Assembly (NCBI GenBank): GCA_964561535.1 | Contig: CAZLPZ010000001.1 | Coordinates: 40,946 to 104,945 of the forward strand | DNA from: an uncultured Pseudobdellovibrionaceae bacterium | GTDB taxonomy: Bacteria; Pseudomonadota; Alphaproteobacteria; Micavibrionales; Micavibrionaceae | DNA length: 64,000 nt | Direction: 5' to 3' | Shown here: piece after piece, positions 36,064 through 44,860 of the stretch | Layout of the letters: each line of letters opens with the position of its first letter | Numbering within the stretch: the first letter of the stretch is position 1 | The notes under the pieces: generated by a model | Seen by the model: the letters and a program-made list of their open reading frames with translations, nothing else | What the model was told of the DNA's origin: nothing | Databases searched by the model: none | Made by a program: the position numbers and the translations under genes

Positions 36064-38190
36064 ATGACCTTACGCGCTGACCAGAAACATCCTAAAAAAT
36101 CGGGAAAAAACCCAAAACACCACGGAGATAGCCATCCCCGTCGAGGGGTATTCGTACGCGTGTTTTTCTTTTGCCTGAAATGGGGTTTTGTCACCGCCAT
36201 CTGGGGAACCTTGATCATCCTGGGAGTCGCCGCATGGTATGCCCGTGAATTACCCGAAATTACACGCGCCCCAAATATCGAACGTAAACCATCAATCACA
36301 ATTTTAGCAAACGACGGATCTGTTGTAGCGCGCTATGGCGACATCAAAGGAGACAGCCTGTCAATCAATGATATGCCATCCGATTTAATTCATGCCGTTC
36401 TCGCCACCGAAGATCGTCGATTCTATTACCATTTCGGCTTAGACCCCATCGGGGTTTTGCGCGCCCTTGTGGTGAACATCACACGTAAAGGTGTGGTTCA
36501 GGGCGGATCTACCATTACCCAACAGCTCGCAAAAAATTTATTCTTGACCCAAGAACGAACCTTAAAACGCAAAATCCAAGAAGCGTTATTAGCCCTGTGG
36601 TTGGAACGTGAGTTATCAAAAGATGAAATCTTATCCGCCTATTTAAATCGGGTCTATATGGGGGCGGGGGCCTATGGCGTGGACGCTGCCGCCCAAATTT
36701 ATTTCAAAAAATCGGCACGTGACCTCAGCCTGCGCGAATCGGCAATTTTAGCCGGACTTTTAAAAGCCCCCTCTAAATTTTCGCCTCGGTCCAACCCACG
36801 CCTCGCGGATGAACGTGCCAATGTTGTCATTGCAAATATGAAAGACGCCGGATATCTTAAAGACGACGGTTCAAAAAATAGCAAAAATAAACCTCTTCCA
36901 CGACACAAACCCGTTGCAAACGACAGTAATCAATATTTTGGAGATTATATCGTCGAACAACTTGATGATCTCATTGGGCTTCAAATTCGAGATATTATTG
37001 TTGAGACAACATTCGACCCCGATATCCAACGCGCCGGAACCGAATCCCTCAACCGCCTTATCCAAGAAAACATGGCGGCCAAACGCGTGACTCAAGGATC
37101 GATTATCGTCACGCGCCGTGACGGCGCGATCCTCGCCCTGATTGGAGGCAAAGATTACGCACAATCGCAATTCAACCGCGCAACTCATGCCTTGCGCCCG
37201 CCAGGATCATCATTTAAGCCCATTGTGTATCTAACCGCTCTTGAAAATGGATATACACCCGATACCCTCGTCATGGATGTGCCCATTACAGAAGGAATAT
37301 ATAAGCCGACAAACTTTGATGATAAATATTACGGGGAAATTCCGCTTCGCCTGGCCTTTGCTTATTCCCTGAACACCATCGCCATTCAGTTGATGCAGCA
37401 AGTGGGAACAGGCGCCGTTATTGATACGGCACGGCGTTTAGGAATTACCGCTGATCTTGTCCCGAACTTGTCAACTGCCTTGGGGGCCAACGGCGTTCCC
37501 CAAATTGAAATGATCTCGGCCTATACCAGTATTGCAAACGGTGGGTTAGGGATCACACCCTATGGCATTTTAAAAGTCACAGACGGCGACAAAAATATCT
37601 TGTATGAACAATCGCCTTTAACCGACTTTCCCCGCGTCGCATCGCAAAGCGCAATACGCAATCTAACAATTTTAATGCAAGGAACCGTCCAAATCGGAAC
37701 AGGTCAAGGCGCCAGCTTGGGACCAGATATCTTTGCCGCCGGGAAAACTGGCACATCCCAAGATTACCGGGATGCCTGGTTTTCAGGGTTTACAGAATCT
37801 TATGTCGCGACCGTTTGGGTTGGCAATGATAACAACAGCTCAATGAAACGCGTCACCGGCGGGTCGATTCCCGCAATCATTTGGCGTGACACCATGAACG
37901 CCGCCCTAAGTGATCCAACCCCCGCCCCTGACCATGTACCGGTCTCGAATGACGGGGCCTTTGGAGGGTTACTCGATCGTGTCCTATCCTATCCAGCTGG
38001 AAACAATGAAACTTCCGCCGACACAGCCTATGACGGCAATCCCAGAGACAGCGAATCGGATAAAGGATTTTGGTGGTGGAATAAAAAAGAAAATGAACCC
38101 GAACCTCCTCCGGCCACCGAAAACCCAATCGTTGACGGCGTTTATTCTCCTGCCCACGACACAAAACCACGGAACCGTTATAATAATTAA
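36064..38190 (+). CDS. class A penicillin-binding protein (PBP1A family)
   Basis: Glycosyltransferase motifs EDRRFYYHFGLDP and GGSTITQQLAKN. Transpeptidase motifs SSFKP and KTGTS. Confidence 0.9.
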   Translation: MTLRADQKHPKKSGKNPKHHGDSHPRRGVFVRVFFFCLKWGFVTAIWGTLIILGVAAWYARELPEITRAPNIERKPSITILANDGSVVARYGDIKGDSLSINDMPSDLIHAVLATEDRRFYYHFGLDPIGVLRALVVNITRKGVVQGGSTITQQLAKNLFLTQERTLKRKIQEALLALWLERELSKDEILSAYLNRVYMGAGAYGVDAAAQIYFKKSARDLSLRESAILAGLLKAPSKFSPRSNPRLADERANVVIANMKDAGYLKDDGSKNSKNKPLPRHKPVANDSNQYFGDYIVEQLDDLIGLQIRDIIVETTFDPDIQRAGTESLNRLIQENMAAKRVTQGSIIVTRRDGAILALIGGKDYAQSQFNRATHALRPPGSSFKPIVYLTALENGYTPDTLVMDVPITEGIYKPTNFDDKYYGEIPLRLAFAYSLNTIAIQLMQQVGTGAVIDTARRLGITADLVPNLSTALGANGVPQIEMISAYTSIANGGLGITPYGILKVTDGDKNILYEQSPLTDFPRVASQSAIRNLTILMQGTVQIGTGQGASLGPDIFAAGKTGTSQDYRDAWFSGFTESYVATVWVGNDNNSSMKRVTGGSIPAIIWRDTMNAALSDPTPAPDHVPVSNDGAFGGLLDRVLSYPAGNNETSADTAYDGNPRDSESDKGFWWWNKKENEPEPPPATENPIVDGVYSPAHDTKPRNRYNN

Positions 38191-38284
38191 GGTCTATCCC
38201 TCTGCCCCTTTATGACGACGCTTGAAATCTAATATTTTCTCTCTAAACTAAGGCTGAAGAGAATCTTATCCCCCAGGGATCCCC

Positions 38285-38830
38285 ATGCCTCTATTAAAAC
38301 AAGACCAATTTTACTTTTTTATCCGCGTCCTGATCTTGGGATTTACTTTTCTTGGGCCCGTTGCGGCGCATGCCCGCCCCGGTATTCCCCAAACTCCCCA
38401 ATCCATTCTGGTTAATTATGCGGTCCAAAATAAAGAACTGATCCTGATGCTGTCAACCCGTCCCCCGATATCTGGATGCGGGAAGATATCGAACTTACCT
38501 ATTGGAGGTGGGTTTGATACGAATGCGATTGATCTTCAAGTCGGGGCCTATACTTTTACACCTGCAAAATATAATGTACATGGCCCCGCATGCGGCCCCA
38601 CCTATAAAATGTCAATCGCACGCGTTGCCATTCCTCTTGCCGATCTTGAATCCAAAAAAATAAACCGCATCCGACTGTGGTCTGGGACAAATTTGGATAC
38701 ATTTCTAATAACCAATGATGACTCTCATCTAACATTGTCCCAAATTCCTGGCGCTCGTTTTTTTAAATTGGGAAACTATTTATTACAAGTCCCAGACTCG
38801 TTTAAACGCCTGGCCAGTCAAAACCAATAA
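38285..38830 (+). CDS. hypothetical secreted protein, 181 aa
   Basis: N-terminal hydrophobic signal-like segment (FFIRVLILGFTFLGPVAAHA). No recognised domain. Confidence 0.5.
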   Translation: MPLLKQDQFYFFIRVLILGFTFLGPVAAHARPGIPQTPQSILVNYAVQNKELILMLSTRPPISGCGKISNLPIGGGFDTNAIDLQVGAYTFTPAKYNVHGPACGPTYKMSIARVAIPLADLESKKINRIRLWSGTNLDTFLITNDDSHLTLSQIPGARFFKLGNYLLQVPDSFKRLASQNQ

Positions 38831-38842
38831 AGGATTCAAAAA

Positions 38843-39520
38843 ATGACAGACAATAATATCCCAGAACTTGAACCGGAAGACATTCTTCCCCCAGAACCAA
38901 CCGCGACCCGTCCAGAACGCCCCACCTTTCCAGACCCTGCAGATGTCCATCTTGAAATGGACGAAGATATCCTAGAACAGGCCGAAAAACCAAAACCCGC
39001 CGATATTACTTCGCCCCTAACAACCGCACTCGACGAAAATAAAAAATTAAAAGATCAATTATTACGCGCAATGGCCGAATCCGAAAACACACGCCGCCGA
39101 TCAGATCGGGACCGTGACGATACAATGAAATATGCAATATCAAATTTTGCGCGCGGATTACTGACCGTATCGGATAATTTGCGTCGTGCTCTCGCGGCCA
39201 TCCCTGATACCTTAAAAACATCTGACCCCCAAATTGCAAATTTGGTTACAGGCATCGAGGCCACAGAACGCGATCTGATGTCTGCCTTTGATCGCGTTGG
39301 AATCAAACGAATCAATGCCATGGGCCAAAATTTTAACGCTCATCAACACGAAGTCATGTTTGAAGGCCCCGCAGCGGGTGTCACCCCCGGCACCGTGATC
39401 CAAGTAATCGAAGATGGTTATATGATCCACGACCGCTTGTTACGCCCCGCGCGCGTCGGTATCGCCAAAGCCGATGGATCAAACGGCCCGGCCCAACACA
39501 GCGTAGATACCCAGGCGTAA
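38843..39520 (+). CDS. grpE: nucleotide exchange factor GrpE
   Basis: LKDQLLRAMAESENTRRRSDRDRDD...FARGLLTVSDNLRRAL...GYMIHDRLLRPARVGI. Confidence 0.9.
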   Translation: MTDNNIPELEPEDILPPEPTATRPERPTFPDPADVHLEMDEDILEQAEKPKPADITSPLTTALDENKKLKDQLLRAMAESENTRRRSDRDRDDTMKYAISNFARGLLTVSDNLRRALAAIPDTLKTSDPQIANLVTGIEATERDLMSAFDRVGIKRINAMGQNFNAHQHEVMFEGPAAGVTPGTVIQVIEDGYMIHDRLLRPARVGIAKADGSNGPAQHSVDTQA

Positions 39521-39594
39521 AAACAGGCCCCCTCTTGTTTCGATAAAAAATATATTGTACCGTCCGCGCCTCTACAGAAAAACACGAGGCGATT

Positions 39595-40869
39595 ATGCCC
39601 CAAACCATCGGTATCGATTTTGGAACCACAAACAGTGTCGTGTCGGTCGCAATGCCCGACGGTCAAACACGCACAGCCATCTTTCCGTGGGCCACCGGCG
39701 CATCGGAAACTTTCCGTACTATCTTGTGCTTTTGGGAACATCAACGTCACCTTCACACCGCTTGCGGTCAAACCGCGATTGATGAATATTTAAAAGATAC
39801 CGAAGGATCTCGGTTTATCCAATCGATCAAAACATATTTGGGATCACCCTTGTTCACCGAAACACGTTTATTTGGTCGACGTTTTGAACTGGAAGATCTC
39901 ATCGCGCTCTTTTTAAAAGATTTATGGGCACGAGCAGCAACAAGTTTGACCCTCGACCCAGACCCATCAAAATACAGCGTGACATCAGGCCGGCCCGTAA
40001 AATTTGCAGGCGCTGACCCCGATGAACTCCTGGCAACGACACGGTTAATTGAATCATACGCCCGCGCCGGATTTGGCCCCGTGACACTCGCCTATGAACC
40101 CGAAGGGGCCGCATTTTGGTTCGCACAACGTACCATCAAACCATCCTATGTTTTAGTCGCTGATTTCGGTGGTGGAACCAGCGATTTTTCAATTGTCCAC
40201 ATCGCAAATCAAACGGTTTCGCCCATCGCCCATTCAGGTATCGGAATTGCGGGTGATAATTTTGATTATCGTCTTATCGACCAAATCGTGGCCCCCAAAT
40301 TGGGCAAAGGCAGCACCTATCAATCCTATGGTAAAACAATGGATATGCCGATAAGCGTATATCGTACCTTTGCGTCATGGCATTTACTATCATTACTTAA
40401 AACGCCAAAAACAATCCGTGAAATTCAAGATGTTTTACGCACATCATCCGATCCAAAGGCCCTTGAGATGTTGCTTCACATCATCCATAACGAACTTGGA
40501 TTTTTGCTCTATCGGTCAATATCAACAACAAAATCGGCGCTTTCTCAACATGACCGTGCCGATTTTGTATTCGAGGCCAATGGAGTATTGTTAAAGAGCA
40601 CTGTACGTCGCAGCGATTTTGAAAAATGGATTTCAGAGGATATAGAGAAAATCAGAACCTGTATCCAGGATCTTTTAACAAAAACAAAATTAAAGCCCAG
40701 CGATATCGACCATGTCTTCATGACCGGCGGAACATCTTTTGTACCTGCTATTCAAAAAATGATGGGATCAATATTTGGGCCTGAAAAATTGGCATCCGGT
40801 GATGAATTCACATCTGTCAGCGCGGGTCTCGCCATGATTGGACAAACCGTTGAAAAAAGATCAATATAG
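39595..40869 (+). CDS. Hsp70-family ATPase without a substrate-binding domain (YegD-like)
   Basis: IGIDFGTTNSVVSV (phosphate 1), VADFGGGTSDFSIV (phosphate 2) and FMTGGTSFVPAIQ (adenosine motif). Only 424 aa. Confidence 0.8.
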   Translation: MPQTIGIDFGTTNSVVSVAMPDGQTRTAIFPWATGASETFRTILCFWEHQRHLHTACGQTAIDEYLKDTEGSRFIQSIKTYLGSPLFTETRLFGRRFELEDLIALFLKDLWARAATSLTLDPDPSKYSVTSGRPVKFAGADPDELLATTRLIESYARAGFGPVTLAYEPEGAAFWFAQRTIKPSYVLVADFGGGTSDFSIVHIANQTVSPIAHSGIGIAGDNFDYRLIDQIVAPKLGKGSTYQSYGKTMDMPISVYRTFASWHLLSLLKTPKTIREIQDVLRTSSDPKALEMLLHIIHNELGFLLYRSISTTKSALSQHDRADFVFEANGVLLKSTVRRSDFEKWISEDIEKIRTCIQDLLTKTKLKPSDIDHVFMTGGTSFVPAIQKMMGSIFGPEKLASGDEFTSVSAGLAMIGQTVEKRSI

Positions 40870-40873
40870 CGAT

Positions 40874-41377
40874 ATGTATCGTGTCCCCTTCCCCTTCTCA
40901 TTTCAAATTCTCGCAGCTCTTACGTTGGCTTCGTCCCTCTTTTCGCTCGCCTTTGCTTATACCATGCAATATGGGTTTGGGTTTCAACCCTGTATTCTGT
41001 GCCTCTATCAACGCCCACCTTATTTTTTGGCCGCAGCGCTGGCCATCCTCGCCCTGATCCTTCTGCCACGTCAAAAACAAACGGCCTACGCCGTGCTGGC
41101 CTTATGTGTCTTATTATTCCTGATCGAATCTGCTCTCGCCTTTTACCAAGTGGGCGTCGAATATCATTGGTGGCGGGGCTTTACGGGATGTTCGGGTCCT
41201 GATCCAGAAACAATGACCACCGCTGAATATCTAGCTGCACTCGAATCAGCTCCCATCGTACGATGCGATATCGTTCAATTTTCTATATTTGGTATATCGA
41301 TGGCAGGCATGAATGCGGTCTGGGCCCTGAGTCTGGGGGTCGCCTTGACTCTCGGATTAATCAAAACCCGCGCGTAA
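40874..41377 (+). CDS. disulfide bond formation protein DsbB family
   Basis: Four hydrophobic segments. CILCLYQRPPYF provides the first Cys pair and C...C in the second loop provides the other. ATG at 40874 preferred over TTG at 40838. Confidence 0.7.
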   Translation: MYRVPFPFSFQILAALTLASSLFSLAFAYTMQYGFGFQPCILCLYQRPPYFLAAALAILALILLPRQKQTAYAVLALCVLLFLIESALAFYQVGVEYHWWRGFTGCSGPDPETMTTAEYLAALESAPIVRCDIVQFSIFGISMAGMNAVWALSLGVALTLGLIKTRA

Positions 41378-41575
41378 CCCAATTTTCGGCAGCGGTTGTG
41401 AGGATAAAATAGGCCGCCACACATACGCCATAAAATAATGCCGCCTGGGGCAAAGTTTTTTTGACTTTAAAATTAAATAGGTCTTTAAACATGATGTATC
41501 CAAGGGTTCCAAATTAATGATCCCCCTGTCTTACGTCAAAACAATATACAAAAACAAGCTTTTTCGACAATACAC

Positions 41576-41612
41576 AAAAGAAAAGGGCCCTTAAGAGTTA
41601 CCTCAAGGGCCC
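41576..41612 (-). terminator. rho-independent terminator of the HNH/membrane-protein operon
   Basis: GGGCCCTT/AAGGGCCC 8-bp stem at 41585-41612, followed on the minus strand by TTTTCTTTT. Confidence 0.6.
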
Positions 41613-41639
41613 GATCTTATCGTTTCAGATCAATCGATA

Positions 41640-42002
41640 TTATTTCTTGGTCGTTGTCGTATGAATGGTTGTCAATAGCGCAATCGGCACCAGACCCAGC
41701 AACACACCTGTGGTGTGCGCCAACCAGACACCGCCCGCGACCAACAGGATCGATAATAAATCGTTCGATAATTTGCGCTCATGAACGATTAACGTCCCTA
41801 AAATCAAGGTGATCCCAGTTCCAATCAACGTCGATACTTTACCGCCCGACAGAATTGAATCGGTGCCTTGAACCACATTCATAAGTCCAAGTACATGAAC
41901 CAGCACAGTTGTCGTTCCGACAACCAAAATCGATGCAACGATCAAAATACCAATAGTATCGACAACTGTTTTTAGCGTTGAATCCAATAACTTACCAATC
42001 AT
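41640..42002 (-). CDS. small polytopic membrane protein, about 120 aa, unknown family
   Basis: Three to four hydrophobic helices. Start at MIGKLL overlaps the HNH stop by 4 nt (ATGA). Confidence 0.6.
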   Translation of the reverse strand: MIGKLLDSTLKTVVDTIGILIVASILVVGTTTVLVHVLGLMNVVQGTDSILSGGKVSTLIGTGITLILGTLIVHERKLSNDLLSILLVAGGVWLAHTTGVLLGLVPIALLTTIHTTTTKK

Positions 42003-42610
42003 GACACACTCCCTTGTTGTTGGTTGGTTTGGTCTTCGTCCTGATCCACCAAATCGGTGTTCCAGTACATGTAATCCCGCCAACTTTCGTGACGAAAATG
42101 CGGCGGGAATTCCTGGGCGCGGCGTTGCAGCGCATGAATAGTTGGCGTGACCGGTTCCGTACGAGGAATCATCCCCGATTGACGCGGTAATCGATCCCCC
42201 TTCATAAGATTACAATCATAACATGCCGTTACAATATTATTCCATTCTGTACGGCCACCTTTTGACCTTGGAAGAACATGATCAAATGTTAATTCCGGTG
42301 TTGAAAACCGATGGCCACAATACTGGCATGTCCATCGATCGCGTAAGAACACATTCATACGTGTAAAAGCCGGAGTTCGACGTTCAGGCACATATTCCTT
42401 TAATACCAACACAGCCGGCAACCGCATCTCTTGACTGGGTGATCGCACAACCTGATTATATTCCGATAATACAGTGACATGATCACGAACCAGAGCCTTG
42501 ACCGCGTCCTGCCAGGACCAAATAGATAAAGGGAAATATGATAAAGGCCTATAATCCGCATTCAGGACAAGGGCGGGGCATTGAGCCAAAGAAACAAGCG
42601 AATCAGACAT
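41999..42610 (-). CDS. HNH endonuclease
   Basis: CQYCGHRFSTPELTFDHVLPRSKGGRTEWNNIVTACYDCNLMKGDR is a complete HNH/zinc-finger motif. Start set at MSDSLVSL. Confidence 0.85.
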   Translation of the reverse strand: MSDSLVSLAQCPALVLNADYRPLSYFPLSIWSWQDAVKALVRDHVTVLSEYNQVVRSPSQEMRLPAVLVLKEYVPERRTPAFTRMNVFLRDRWTCQYCGHRFSTPELTFDHVLPRSKGGRTEWNNIVTACYDCNLMKGDRLPRQSGMIPRTEPVTPTIHALQRRAQEFPPHFRHESWRDYMYWNTDLVDQDEDQTNQQQGSVS

Positions 42611-42934
42611 TTGATTTTCCCTCAAGGAGATACAGTCTCTACATTTACTATTGTAACATAGTTTCACCAAAAAGGGGGATCTTGCGACATATTATCCATA
42701 ATGCACCGCATCATAGGAGTGCAATGCAGCAACAAAATTACGCGGATTTTTTGGGTCTATGGGGATGCAAAATGGGTAGAAATGTGTATAGTCTGATCCA
42801 ATTGGATTGGTTCATTGGATAGATTGTGACAATTCGACCAAAACCCTTAAATTCTACGTCATCGTATAAGAGAGGAAACTATTATTTCTATTCCAAAACT
42901 CGGCGATCCCTTTTTAAAGGGCATATGGTTAACC

Positions 42935-43276
42935 GTGTGCCATCCTATCGGAATGGCACGTCGTGAAATTTTATGGGAACGTGCACAAGAACATTGTACC
43001 AAAGTAAACGCAACGGCAGAAAATATTAGGCAGGTTCGTGATTGGTTGATGACACCTCAAAACATGGGTTTTTTCAGCCAACTTTCACCAATCGATGGAA
43101 TATATACTTACCCTCCCCTAATACACCCAATACAAAAAATGCTCCATAACTTTATTACTGACATAACAGGTCAACAAACACCCTTAAGTATACAAGAAAT
43201 GCCGACAGGAGAGCGAACTGCTGATAAATTCGTCATTTATGACCCTGGCAACATCCTAAACAACTTTTTCAGATAA
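42935..43276 (+). CDS. hypothetical protein, 113 aa (weak)
   Basis: ORF with a non-ATG start that ends 15 nt before lpdA. No motif recognised. Confidence 0.3.
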   Translation: MCHPIGMARREILWERAQEHCTKVNATAENIRQVRDWLMTPQNMGFFSQLSPIDGIYTYPPLIHPIQKMLHNFITDITGQQTPLSIQEMPTGERTADKFVIYDPGNILNNFFR

Positions 43277-43290
43277 AAAGGACATTACAA

Positions 43291-44691
43291 ATGCCCCCCC
43301 CATCCTCAGACCTCATTATTATAGGCGCCGGGCCCGGCGGCTATGTCGCCGCCATTCGGGCTGCCCAACTGGGGATGAATGTCACGCTCGTCGAGGCCAA
43401 TCATTTGGGCGGCATATGTTTAAATTGGGGCTGCATTCCCACCAAGGCCCTCCTCCGATCCGCCGAGATCCTACGTACAGCCCAGCACGCCGCCGAATTT
43501 GGGATCAAAATCAAAGATATATCGATCGATATTCAAAAAATAGTTGAACGCAGCCGCGGGGTCGCTAAACAACTCTCGGGCGGGATCGGGCATCTCCTCA
43601 AAAAAAATAAAGTCACCATCATTGATGGTTATGGGAAAATTGCGGGCCCAGGTCGAGTCCTGGTCGAGAAAGATGGCAAGAAAATCGCCGATCTCACCGC
43701 AAAAAATATTATCATTGCCACGGGGGCCCGGGCCCGAGTCCTTCCCGGATTAGAACCTGACGGGAAACGCGTCTGGTCCTACCGCGAAGCCATGACCCCC
43801 TCCGAAATGCCCCAATCTGTTTTGGTCGTTGGATCCGGCGCCATCGGTATTGAATTTGCTAGCTTTTATAACGCCTTGGGTGCCAATGTGACGGTCGTCG
43901 AGGTCATCGATCGTATCCTCCCCGCCGAAGACCCCGAAATTTCAACCCTGGCGCGTCAATCATTTGAAAAACAAGGTATTCGTATTATCACGAATGCTAA
44001 AGTGACAAAATTGGACCGCGCTGCCGCGCATGTCACCGCGCATATCGACATCGCGGGAAAGATAGAACAAATCAAAGTTACCCATGTCATTTCTGCCGTG
44101 GGCGTCGTGGCGAACACCGAAAATATCGGCCTGGATACCGTGCCGCGTGTAAAACTGGACCGCGGGTGCATCGGAATCGATCCATTCTGTGCGACCGGCG
44201 AACCCGGCATTTATGCCATTGGGGATGTGACCCCGGGACCGTGGTTGGCGCACAAGGCGTCCCACGAAGCCATTATTTGTATTGAAAAAATCGCGGGTCT
44301 GCACCCCCACCCCATCAACCGGGGCAATATCCCCGGATGCACCTATTGCCATCCGCAAATCGCATCTGTCGGGTTGACAGAAGAAAAGGCGATCGCCGCG
44401 GGCCACACGGTCAAGGTCGGGCGCTTCCCGTTTATGGGTAATGGCAAGGCCATCGCGTTGGGCGAACCCGAGGGGTTGGTCAAAACCGTGTTCGATGCCA
44501 AAACTGGGGAATTGCTGGGCGCCCACATGATTGGAGCCGAGGTCACTGAACTGATCCAAGGATACGTCATCGGTAAAACCGCCGAACTGACCGAAGAAGA
44601 TTTTATGCACACCATTTTCCCGCATCCGACATTATCGGAAATGATGCATGAATCGGTGTTGTCGGCGTATGGTCGGGCGGTTCATTTTTAA
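43291..44691 (+). CDS. lpdA: dihydrolipoyl dehydrogenase
   Basis: IIIGAGPGGYVAAIRAAQLG, the redox-active GGICLNWGCIPTK, and the C-terminal HPTLSE. Confidence 0.95.
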   Translation: MPPPSSDLIIIGAGPGGYVAAIRAAQLGMNVTLVEANHLGGICLNWGCIPTKALLRSAEILRTAQHAAEFGIKIKDISIDIQKIVERSRGVAKQLSGGIGHLLKKNKVTIIDGYGKIAGPGRVLVEKDGKKIADLTAKNIIIATGARARVLPGLEPDGKRVWSYREAMTPSEMPQSVLVVGSGAIGIEFASFYNALGANVTVVEVIDRILPAEDPEISTLARQSFEKQGIRIITNAKVTKLDRAAAHVTAHIDIAGKIEQIKVTHVISAVGVVANTENIGLDTVPRVKLDRGCIGIDPFCATGEPGIYAIGDVTPGPWLAHKASHEAIICIEKIAGLHPHPINRGNIPGCTYCHPQIASVGLTEEKAIAAGHTVKVGRFPFMGNGKAIALGEPEGLVKTVFDAKTGELLGAHMIGAEVTELIQGYVIGKTAELTEEDFMHTIFPHPTLSEMMHESVLSAYGRAVHF

Positions 44692-44860
44692 ATAATATAG
44701 TTACGATATAGAAGTATAATAATTTAGAAAAAATTTTACATAATAATTTTCAATTTCTGTGCCATAATTATATTGCCTAATAAATAAAAAAATCTTGAAT
44801 TATTGCCATAATGTGATTATACCCCTTACCTATAATACATAAGTACTGGAGGGGAAATAT

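Noticed and set aside
43960-44625. 221-aa ORF on the minus strand
   Set aside because: Antisense to lpdA (FAD and redox-disulfide motifs present on plus). No motifs of its own. Shadow ORF.
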